DNA of 64,000 nucleotides from Octopus sinensis (taxonomy: Eukaryota), in the NCBI RefSeq assembly GCF_006345805.1, contig NC_043002.1:52948001-53012000 (forward strand). The letters run 5' to 3'. Shown here piece by piece: positions 52,848-64,000 of the stretch. The first letter of the stretch is position 1; each line of letters begins with the position of its first letter. The translations under genes were made by a program, and so were the position numbers. The notes under the pieces were generated by a model that was not told the origin of the DNA, searched no databases, and saw nothing but the letters and a program-made list of their open reading frames with translations.

Positions 52848-54611
52848 TATACATATCCAATATAGTTAATGAATATTTTGAGAATTCAAGGTGTAATTTA
52901 AGGGAAATTTGGATAAATTTCTAACAGACTGAATAAGTGTATAATTAGTACAGAGGTTCTGTCACTGACTCATTGCAGTTAGTTTTGTAAGGAAAGTTTC
53001 TGATAGAAATTAGTGACTTGTTCACTGTCACTAATGAATTTATATGATATCTGGTTATATTGCAGAGAAGCAATTAAGTCTTAGCTGGAAAATTATTGAT
53101 TATAATGATGCTGCAGTGAAGGAATAAAGTTACTGACTTTATTGTAGTTAAAGGAATTGTTCCCATAGATTTGATGACAGCAATCACATGAAACAATGGT
53201 AAGTGTTTAATAAACTATTCTAACAGCAAAATTGAAATGATTATGCGTGTGTGTGTTTGTGTGTGTACATTAGTGTTTTGATTAGAGAATTAGTGGATTT
53301 TGACTTGTAATCCATGAACAGTGAGCCACTAAGCCATTTTGTCCACATTCTACATAATCATAAATAATAATTAAAAAGGATACTAGATAAAAATAACAAC
53401 GGTCTGGCTGAGATGTGACAAAATGAGACAGACTTAACTAAGTTGATCCATCTTTCAATAGATACTCTTGCTATGATCACTCACCCTGTTAGAAATAGTA
53501 ACCAAATTCTTTTAAACATATCATCAAAGGACACAATGGATAATGTAGTCTTACAAACCTAAATCAAAATGGTTATGTTTAGAAACCTTTCACCTTATGT
53601 CCATTGAGGTTAAACTACAGCATTAGTATCATGAAACTGACAAGAATTTGATTGGTTTGTAGTGTTAATTTTTTTAATTGGCCAAATTCATGAGGTGAAG
53701 CAACATGCAATAATATTCTTCTATCCTAAGAGATTTACTTCCCCTCTCCTTTAACACTACAGAATTTGGACTTGAACACCAACTCCCTTTTGTCCTTGTG
53801 ATTCATGAAGAATCAGTTAATCTATGACAGTCCTAGAAAAGAACAAACATAAATCCAATGGAAGAATCTCTTAAGAAAGACAGAATACAAAGCAAGGATT
53901 CCAAATATAATCCAACATCAATCAAAACTACTCAACGTGTCCTTTATACATAGGAAACTTCAGAGACACTACTAGAGGCTTTTGCATTAAACTTTCAGTT
54001 TCAATACGACATGAAAGGACAGGAAAAATATAATGGTATTAAGAGTTAAGAGAACTACAATTGAAGCTTTGAGTAAAGATTTGTTCAACAAGTTTGCAAG
54101 GAGATAGGATCTGAATTCATGGACAAAAGAGAATAAACATATTCAATTTAGGAGAAAACTAATCAAAATATGGACACCTTCAATAAAGACAAAAGATTGT
54201 TAATCTATTTTATATTACCAGCTCACTTGGATATGATTTACATGTTGCAGTTTGCATCAGAATTTGTAGTTGTAAGAAATTATGCAAAATTTTAATAAAA
54301 TAGTGAGAAGCAGATAACAGCAAGTTTTGACAATATAATTAGGGTTGTTTTTTTTTATTTATATTAAAAATGACAAAAAGCTGCCGAGGAAGGGGAGAAT
54401 GGGAGAGAAAGGAATGGTATTCACATGAAAAGCCAGAGATATATATATATATGAAAATGAAAGTGAATGAGAGGGGGGTGGGGGGTGGGGGTGAAGGAGC
54501 AAAATAGGTGGACAGAGGAAGGAAAGAGAAAAAGGTCAAAGGAGGTTGTTAATTAAAGAGAAGATGAAGAAACAAGGGAATAAAAAGAACAACTTAGAAA
54601 AAGAAGAACAG

Positions 54612-54614
<3 letters not shown>

Positions 54615-54657
<43 letters not shown>

Positions 54658-54728
54658 CATACACACACATATATATGTGTGTGTGTATGTATATATATGT
54701 GTGTATGTATATATATATATATGTGTGT

Positions 54729-54775
<47 letters not shown>

Positions 54776-54815
54776 ATGTATGTATGTATATACATGAGTG
54801 AGAGAGAGAGAGAGT
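54615..54815. repeat. Compound microsatellite (TA)n/(CA)n/(TG)n/(TATG)n/(GA)n
   Basis: Read directly. Other tracts include (TA)n ~9047-9084, 10182-10221, 26187-26231, 37369-37445, 37649-37702; (TG)n 12637-12674; (GA)n ~15640-15707; (AAT)n ~19333-19365, 31560-31635. Confidence 0.95.
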
Positions 54816-55934
54816 GAAGAGAAAGAATATTTGCATTAAAACTATTGTTTATGATGTTCTGTTACAGTGAAACAGACAACTGGATATCTTCTGTCATCAA
54901 TTCTTCATTTATACACAGAAGGAACTAAATGATCTGCAATGGAGAGGCATACCTCAAAGATGTTGGAAAACACAGAACACTAAATCAACATTCTGTTCAC
55001 TGCTTGAACATTGCTTCAGCAAATAAAATACCCTAACAATGCATTTACAGTACATAAATCTCTTGTGATATGTACTCAGAAAACAGATGCTTAGGAAAAC
55101 AATAATCCAATCACTGCTGTATAGCACAGAGAAGTTATTAATCCGGTCAGGATTCTAGATTAACACGAAGAAGAAAATTTCATTCAACACTAGCCAACAG
55201 GGAAACCTGTATGTGACATTGAAGCTAATACAAACAGCAATGAATTTTCTTTTAATCCTTTAGTATTGAAACTGGCCCTATCCAGCCCCAAATATTCTAC
55301 CTGTTATATGTTCAAACTGGCCAGATCCTGCATGTCACACTTACTCTCCAATGTCAATCTAAAAATGAACAACCATATCATTGAAATCTCAAAGCTATGA
55401 GATAGCGCATGATTAATTCAAAAGAATGTGAATGAAGATTATATTTGACAGAGCGATCTGAGAGTTAAAAGAGTTAAATCACCCTTTATCCTAGAAAAGA
55501 AGGACATATTGGATCATGTGTTCCTAAGTACACTATGTCTTAGAAAAGGACAGGATGGCCATGTTGGGAATATGACCATAGCTATGCTTGATCAGGTTAA
55601 CCAAAAAATTAAACATTCATAAGGCATGGCCTTATTGCATGGCCTGTTATGATTTTATGTAACAAGGAAATGAAATTTTCACTCAACACCAATGATATGG
55701 AAGTTGTAACTGCAATCAAGTTGGCTTGTAATGTTGCTTTAATGAATAAATATTGTTTACCTTTACTTACAAATACTTTTATCAGTAATTGATTCATGAG
55801 AGATCACCTGTCAGGCTTAACTTCAATGACCCTCTTGTTATTATGTATGGCATAATTCAAACCTTTAACAGTCAATTACCAAGTGATGCACCCTTACTAG
55901 TTTAGTGTTTGATTAACACAAAAGGATTACTCAT

Positions 55935-56505
55935 TTATCTTTTACTTGTTTCAGGCATTGGACTATGGCCATGCTGAAGCACTACCTTGAAAAGTTTAAT
56001 CAAACAAATCCTCCCAGTACTTATTTTTTTAAAGTTTGGTAGTTATTCTATTAGTCTCTTTTGTTGAAGCACTAAGTAATGGGGATGTAAACAAACCAGC
56101 ACTGGTTGTCACTGGTGGGAGGTATAAACACTAAGACATATACATATATAGGACAAGGTCTCACACAGTTTCTGTAGACCTAGGGCTACAGCAGAAGACA
56201 ACGTTAGCACGCAAGGTGAAATGCTTAGTGGTATTTTGTCTTCTGCTATGTTCTGAGTTCAAATTCCACCGAGGTTGACTTTGCCTTTCATCCTCTCAGG
56301 GTCAATTAAATAAGTACCAGTTACGCACTGGGATCGACATAATTTAATCCCTTTGTCTGTCCTTGTTTGTCCCCTCTACATTTAGCCCCTTGTGGGCAAT
56401 AAAGAAATAAGAAGACACTTGTCCAATTTTCCACATCATGGGACTGAACCTAAAACCACATGGTTGCAAAGCAAACTTCTAAACCACGCAGCCACATCTG
56501 CACTT
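55935..56505 (-). mobile_element. Family A SINE interrupted by a family C SINE
   Basis: The host sequence resumes at 56410 after the nested insert. Confidence 0.75.
56201..56409 (+). mobile_element. Family C SINE nested in family A, 8-bp TSD
   Basis: AGAAGACA at 56193-56200 and 56410-56417. Confidence 0.85.
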
Positions 56506-58826
56506 ATAGTATACATCTTCAATAAAAAATTTTTTTCAAGTAATTACAGCACAGAATTACCATCTTAGGCATCTAAAATTGCATTAAATCTGTTATATTC
56601 ACTTTTCATTTATTTAATGAGGTGTGAAAAAGCTCGATGTACCAATGTAACCTTGTCACTGACACAGTTCCACTGCCAAGTCACATACCAAACAAATACA
56701 GAAATACTTGTTAGTACTACTATATTTTATTGTAAGAACAAATTTGGTTAACATATGAGAGACTGTGTAGCACATCGTATCTGATGCTATGTGTGATATG
56801 AAAAAGAAATGCTTTAAATTCAACAATCAATCATTAGAATGGAATTTTTATCTCCTTTCAATGAAATCAACCTGAAATTATACTCCACAAATCAGTTATT
56901 CATGACAAACGTTACTAAGAATTTTAAAATATTTTGATAGCAAGAAGAAATATCAGAAAAAGAAAAGTTCAACAGTTATTACCAGCTAGTAAAGGAGAAT
57001 GGAGAGGTTGGATTTAGCTACTTATAAAAAGGTAAAAAATAAAAAATATTTTGGAAAAAGAATATTCTATGACATCACTTGACATGTTAGAAATAGCAGC
57101 TAAATTTATTTCAAGGCACATCTAATAATTTGAGAAAATTACAAGTAGGATGTTGTGATTCCAAGTTACTTGCATGTAAGACAAAAAGAAAAAAAAAGGT
57201 CACAGCTGTCTTTGGCCACAGGCCTGCTTGATGAGGGCTGAGCTGGTATTAAAAATTCTCTTTTTCTATCAAGCATCCATACATTCCTTATGCATGTCCT
57301 CTTGCTGTCTGTTAATTTTTATATTCATTTATTTGAATTGACTATATATCGTTGCTATTATGCAAAAGTGTCACAAGTCCAAAACGTTGCTTTTTCAGAA
57401 AATGAAAAAATAGTTTCACCAATCTATAGCAAAATCATTGTACTACACTTTGACAATTTTTGATATCTTGGCATCTGAAGCAGCTGGAGATGCAATAGTT
57501 TGACCAAAAGAATAGGTTATTGCAAGTAAAAATATTGAAAAAAACGCATTTGGCCAAATTTGGACATATAACGGTTTAACATAATAGCAACGCTATATAT
57601 ATATTATATACACACACACACACACACATATATATGTGTTTGTGTATAATCAAACAAATCTACTCACAAGGCTTTGACTGGCCCAGGGCTATAGAAGACA
57701 CTTACTTGCCCAAACTGCTGTACAGTGAGACTGAACCCTAGACCATATGGTTGGGAAGTAAGGTTCTTAGCCACACAGCCATGTGTATGTGTGTGTGCAT
57801 TATATATTTGCATAGCCATTTTATGACAAATACGTAATCTGCATTTTTATAATCTAGCATTATTGTCAGCTGTACCAAAAGGTGGTGCCATTTGTAAACC
57901 AAATGCTTTGATAGTGCAAACTTCATCAGAACAATCTAGCGGTGTGTCAATAACAGTTTGCAAAAAATGTCTACAGAGAATCAATACACATAAGCCTTTA
58001 AATCATTTCCATGTATATAATAAAAAGAAAAAAAAAACCCAAAAAACAAAGGGATTGGCACAGATGATTTAGTACTGCGAGCAATACTAGGTAATTGTTC
58101 TGACTTGGAACTTTGGAAAGGAAGAGGGTTGGCTGTTCCTAGACCAAAGGATTGTTATGATAACATTTTCTTTTAGAAGTGATATCTAGAAGTGTTATAC
58201 AAACACAGTATCCAGATCAAATCAATAAAATGTGTTGCAAAAATGTGAGTTTGATAATAGAATGAAACTTAGGAAACACGAGATAAAACCATGATATATT
58301 CATAAGATGTAAATAGAGTTTTAGATAAGAATTTTATTATTATTATTATCATTATTATTATTATTATTATTATAACTACTATTATTGTGTTTTGTTTTAT
58401 TTTGTAAACTTTCTTTTAAAAATAGAACCTTTTCAATAGCTATACAATCTGACTACACATATAAAATATTGCAAAGAAATTAATGATAGAATTATCTAAA
58501 CAAAAATCAAATTAAATTAGTGATGATGGGAAGGTTAAAACAACAGAAGTCAATGCTCTCTGATACTCTACAGATGGTAGTTTATTTCACACAACATTTT
58601 TAACAACCAGTTGAAAATATATTATAAAGCTTTTGTTACCCCTAATACAACAAGCAACATGCTTCAATTTTTAATTCTTGTGAATTTCAGAGTTGCTTAC
58701 CTCACTTTTAATGGTAAGAGTCATTAAAATTAATTAATGAGTTTTGTTTTTCATTACAAGTGTAATTCTAATTGATTAATCCTTTGTCATTCAAATTACT
58801 TTGTCAAATCTAATGCTTATTTATTC

Positions 58827-58957
58827 AGGCGTAGGAGTGGCTGTGTGGTAAGTAGCTTACTTACCAACCACATGGTTCCGGGTTCAGTCCTACAGCATGG
58901 CACCTTGGGCAAGTGTCTTCTACAATAGCCTCGGACCGAGCAAGAGTGTGAGAGTGC
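58827..58957 (+). mobile_element. Family A SINE head only
   Basis: Near-identical to 24369-24500. Other partial A copies at ~4490-4610, 8870-8955, 21850-22010, 30740-30930, 31230-31390, 32010-32225, 36820-37030, 37450-37600, 57640-57785, 63330-63430. Confidence 0.8.
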
Positions 58958-61830
58958 AAATAAATAAAATATGCTATAAGAAAGGAATAAAGATCCATAT
59001 CAAAGAGACCTGGATGCAGATGTAAACCTGTAGACTGTCTCATGATAGAAAAAGACCAAAACATAATACTGCAATCTCTTTATTCATGAAGTATAAACAA
59101 CCACATTATCTAAAAAATTATTGATAACCTAAAATATAGAGCATAAAGTACTCGTAATAACGGAAATACTAATAGCTAGCAGTACCTGTGAAAATCCCAG
59201 GATTATTTTGAAAAGTATAAGAGGGTCAGAAGTCTACAGAGAACCATGAAATATATAATTTTTATAAATGTAATAAAAAAAATTTATACCAAACCATCTA
59301 AGTTAGTATTTAGATGTTTTTCTAATAATCTGACACAATTAAAATAGAAAATAATTACTCTAATGAAGTTGAAGGTAGTGAAAGAAAAGCTGAATAAGAC
59401 AAGAATTTGTGCAGGGAGAAAAGGAAAACAGAAAGGAAACACTGGTATATCAATAGATGGAATGTTTTTAGTTTAGATCAGTGACCTTCAATGGAGAAAT
59501 ATACAAGTTGAAGACGCACAGCAACTTGAATCTTAGCATTAAATTCACTAATTACACTTGAATGCATGAACAATTAAACAGTTGAAACATTTTGGTAGAG
59601 ATAACTAGTAATGACATTTGGAATCAATTAACTGTTCCTGAGTAATTTGCAATCAAAACAATCAGGTGCAATGATATCTTGAAATCTGTCTAATAAATTT
59701 ATGTAGACATGAGCAATTGGATAATGTGAAATGCTTATGGATAACTAATGTCATTAGAGCAGAAACAATGAAATAAGACAAATGTATACCAAAAAAATAT
59801 ATATATAAAATAAAATTTTATATGATTGCATATAAATATGACAAGAAAATCTAATTTTTAATACTGTAGACATTATTTCATAAATTGCTTTGAAATTAGA
59901 ATAACAAAACCATAGAAGAGAAAAGATAACTATAAGAGTATCAGTAATGTAGCTACTCAGTTCAATATTGGTTTCAAATTTTGGCACAAGGCCAACCATT
60001 GTGAGAGAGGGGGTAAATCAGTTTCATCGACCCCAGTGTTCAGCTGGTACCAATTTTATCAAACTCGAAAGGATGAAAGGCAAAGTCTACCCTGGCAGTA
60101 TCAGGAATCAGAATGTAAAGACAGAAGAAATGCCACTAAGTATTTTGCCCAGTGCAGTGATGATTCTGCCAGCTTACTGCCTCACACTCAGATTAATATT
60201 GAGAGGCTGGAAGACTCTGTGTATCATGAATACTTTATAGTTGTCAAAAGCCAATGAAGAAGCTTTAACTCACGGCTGGGAAACCTCTTTGGTAGTAAGA
60301 GTAAATTATAATTGTAGAGGGATTTGTGGAGAATACATCTGCTCTGTGAAAAGACAATGAATCCTGTTGGTGGATTTCTTGAGACATTGTCAGTGTGAAA
60401 TTTCAAACTTGAATGGTGGTGAAATTCATCTACCTGCGAGGAACTCCTTACTCCAGTTCTATGAAGTCAGTAAGCTTGCAAGAAACAGAAACCAAATTCC
60501 CCTAAAATAATAATTCATTGGACAATGGAACCTACAATAAACTATGTCTGAAAAAGAATAAGGATGGCCACAGCTGGAATACCTGTGATTACAGCTCTGG
60601 TCAATTAGGATCAATGCTGAATTAAACAGTGAAGGCACATGACCTATTGGTTAGGGTGTTGCACACATACCCTCACAAGATTATGGTTTTGACTCCTGGA
60701 CTGAGCAGTGCATTGTGTTCTTGAGCAAAACACTTCATTTCTCATTACTCCAGTCAACTGAGCTGTAAATGAGTAACTCGGTGATAGACTGGCACCCGAT
60801 CCAGGGGGAATGTTGTGATAGTGGCTAACTGGCCCTATGAGTCATAGGGCTCAAGACAGTACTAACTTAGGATTAGACAACTAAAATAACAATATAGGTG
60901 TGATGTCCACTAAACAGTAAAAGGAAGATCTAGATTTTTAGCCTCACCGGAAACAATATGCTTCACTGATTGTACACAGAAAAAGAATGAAAGTCACACT
61001 TCCTACTTCTTTCCTTTTTAAACTAATAGAAAGGTATAATATTTATAACTGATGATAAACAACACAAAGAAACTATAGATATTTATTTCAACATGCTTTT
61101 GTTTTATTTTAACCCTGATTCAGCACACCAATGATCAAAGGTATTCCAGTCTTGATTATCCCATGTCTTGTCCCTTGCTTGGCATTTCTTTGGGAGATTT
61201 CATATCTAAGACCTCATTATTCAAGTTGGCAGGATATTATTTCTGGGATATCTGGTGGCTATTTTTATCAAGTAAAGAAACTTATACAGGCTCCCATCTT
61301 TCTCCGTTACTTTTATTTACCTTCCATGTGTAAGATAGAATATTCTATGAAAAATATACTATCTTCAGGAAAAACGTTGCTCAGATGTTTTCTTGCAATT
61401 AAAACTAGAGATGCCTTGAGGCTCCTGTAATTAGTACTTTTTCTTCATTTCTTAATTAATTAGATTCTTATATACTACACTAAAAGATAGATAAAACCAT
61501 CATCATTAAGCTGGTAATTAATGATAAAAAGATATAGAAAGTAAAGAAATATTTATGAGTCCTCTCTCTTACACATAAAAATATCGCAACCATAAACCAA
61601 GTTTCAGTAGACGAAATTTAAACCCTCAAGCACTTAACTCTTTAACTATTCCAGTTAATATTGAATATATGTTCTAATTTTTAAATATTTTTAAAATTAA
61701 GAAGAATGGTAACTAATCTCATGCAAAAAATAAAAAAGGTAAAATTTTGAGCATTACTATCTCATGATAAGCATAGATATTACTTACATATGATTCCCTC
61801 ACAGACACCAAGCACTTTCATCAACCTAAT

Positions 61831-62086
61831 CCCTTCAGATAGGACAACCCTATGCCCTTCAGACGGAACAACCCTATGCCCTTCAGACGGGACAACCCTA
61901 TGCCCTTCAGACAGGACAACCCTATGCCCTTCAGACGGGACAACCCTATGCCCTTCAGACGGGACAACCCTATACCCTTCAGACGGGACAACCCTATACC
62001 CTTCAGACGGGACAAACCTTATACCCTTCAGACGGGACAAACCCTATACCCTTCAGATAGGATAAGCCTATACCCTTCAGGTAGGC
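61831..62086. repeat. 24-bp minisatellite, ~10.5 copies
   Basis: Unit CCCTTCAGACGGGACAACCCTAT(G/A); copies 8 and 9 are 25 bp. Explains the four repetitive ORFs listed here. Confidence 0.95.
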
Positions 62087-62667
62087 AAAAATTTATCAAC
62101 AAATGTCTAGTATTTTTCAGAGTTTGTAAAACTTCAGCCTTGAATAGCTGATAGTTCTTTACAAAAAATATCTGATACTTGAGTACTATTCACATTTCTG
62201 GGATGGAATATTCATTAAACACAATCACACTCAAGATAAAGAAAGAAAGAAAGAGAGAGAGAAGAAACACATCCACATAAGTGGCAAGCTTTGTGATCCA
62301 TGATTAAATGTCTTTCTCACTTTCCAGTAGCAGTAGAGCCACAAAAGTTGAGTTAGTACCTTACTCACAGTGCTACATAATAGTAATATATGGGCAGAAA
62401 CAAGACAAAATCACAGAAATTCATGAGGGCAGAGCTCGATACTATATCTATTCAGTCATTGTGAATCTCCGGGACCCAATTACTAAAGCATACTAGTAAA
62501 TACTAATATGCTATAGAAATTGGATCCTGAAGCATTTAACTTCCAGCATAATTTTTTTCTGTATTTACAATAAGTTAAACTAAAGTAATTTAACTTCACA
62601 GAATCATTGCTTCAGAAATTTCAGAAAGATATAATTAATTTCGGCTTTCATATTGCATAATATTATT

Positions 62668-63008
62668 GAGTTAAAATTCCACCGAGGTTGACTTTGCCTT
62701 TGAACCTTTCGGGGTCAATAAATCTAGTACCAGTGAAACACTGGGGTCGATATAATCAACTAGTCCCTGCCCACCAAATTTGAGGCCTTGTGCCTCCAGT
62801 AGAAAGGATTATTATTATTGTCGTCATCATCATCACTATTATTTCTAACTTAGGCACAATGCCAGCAATTCTGAGGGGTTAGTTGATACCATCAACTCCA
62901 GTACTAGTTCAGACTTTATATCATCACCCCTGAACTCAGAATAGAAAGAGCCAAAATAAAATTCAGCAAAGCATTTTGTCCAGCAATAACAATTCTGTCT
63001 GCTCATCA
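62668..63008. mobile_element. Tail-to-tail inverted pair of family C SINEs
   Basis: Plus copy ~62668-62822 and minus copy ~62838-63008. Other C copies at ~24163-24340(+), 47735-47930(-), 49885-50105(-), 59968-60185(-). Confidence 0.68.
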
Positions 63009-64000
63009 CTTTTAGCAACAACAACAAAAACAACAAGATAATAATAACAATAATAATAATAATGATAATAAAATGTTGGGCCGATTCATCTCTATAATAA
63101 AGTTTCTATCTTAATTAACAAGGGATTAAATCTCAATAAAGAATAAATGTCAATATGAAACTTTCAACAATAGAATTCGGACAATGCAAGTAAAAGCTTT
63201 ATTTTCAAAGGTAGATGAAGCAACATCAAAGAAAAAATTTAAGAAGCAGCAGATAGATTAGAAATCTGGAATGGTGGAATGGCTAACCGTATTCCTGATT
63301 ACTACAGTACTATATGCTCAGACAATGCTTTCAAGAGTATATGAAGCAATTAGTTGCAAAGTTTGCTTCATGGTTCCATCCTACTGAGTGGCACCTTGAG
63401 GAAGTATCTTTTACAATAGCCTCAGGCCAGCCAATGCCTTCATCATCATCACCATCATCATCATTATTTAATGTTTCTTTTCAATGCCAACAAAGTTGGA
63501 TGGTTTGATAGGATCCAGAGCTGCTTTGAGCTCCAGTATCAGCCTTGGTATGTTCTCTATGGCCGGATGCTCTTCCTAATGCCAACCACCTTACAATGTA
63601 AGTGAAATGTGACTGTTTTAGAGAGTGAGAGTGCCTGTGAGCACATGCATACGCGCGTGTGTGTGTGCATGTGTCTGTGAGTTTGTTTGCTTGCATGCAC
63701 ATGCTTATGTTCCCTTGTATCTTCACACTGACACTGAGTTGAAACTGCACTTCTTTATGTTTCCCATAAACAATATGCCATGTAGCTCAGTGGTTTTAGC
63801 AATGGTCAATGTGTGAAGACCAATGGAATAAAAATACCTTACTTGCAAAACAAATAACGACTGCTTTTAGGATGGGCATCTGCCTGGAGAATACCACTCT
63901 GCTAAGTCATATCCAACCCATGCAAGTATGGAAAAAAAAAACGCAGATACAAAATTATGATGATGATGCTATGAGTGGACACAAGTGAAAACAAATATCG

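Noticed and set aside
54473-54491. G-run cluster as a G-quadruplex
   Set aside because: Only three long G runs, within low-complexity purine-rich sequence; no supporting context.
150-60870. tRNA-like A/B boxes
   Set aside because: All are SINE heads, with no complete cloverleaf; not called as tRNA genes.
61131-61430. 99-aa plus-strand ORF with an acceptor-like site and a faint PAP2-like HxxxD look
   Set aside because: The H-D spacing does not fit PAP2. Two frames are open, there is no partner exon and it is antisense to NCX.
61780-62151. Repeat-peptide ORFs; CRISPR-like appearance
   Set aside because: Units are contiguous with no unique spacers and no cas genes, in a eukaryotic context; this is a minisatellite.

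Overview
AT-rich, repeat-dense animal genomic DNA. It is most likely a coleoid cephalopod (Octopus-like), inferred from the peptide below and from SINE families I recognise from memory. The only coding sequence I can support is one 98-nt minus-strand exon (10866-10963), absent from the ORF track. It encodes (E)KFLRVRVFDDEEYEKNETFFIWLDEPFLVKKP(G), the CBD2/Calx-beta segment of a Na+/Ca2+ exchanger (NCX/SLC8/Calx). I therefore read the rest of the window as NCX intron: more than 53 kb upstream and more than 10.8 kb downstream with no other recognisable NCX exon. The introns hold tRNA-type SINEs, RTE-LINE fragments, non-autonomous Helitrons, piggyBac/hAT/mariner-like MITEs, minisatellites and microsatellites. 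None of the listed ORFs looks like a real gene. I find no multi-gene system. The best lead is a cluster of RNA structures in the first ~550 nt of intron after the exon, in pre-mRNA sense: a 16-bp hairpin, a possible exon-intron duplex, a 33-bp hairpin and a type I hammerhead-ribozyme-like motif with an intact core. A palindromic double-hammerhead relic lies ~2 kb further on. Repeat boundaries were read by eye and are approximate unless a TSD or terminus is given. Family labels A-G are my own.
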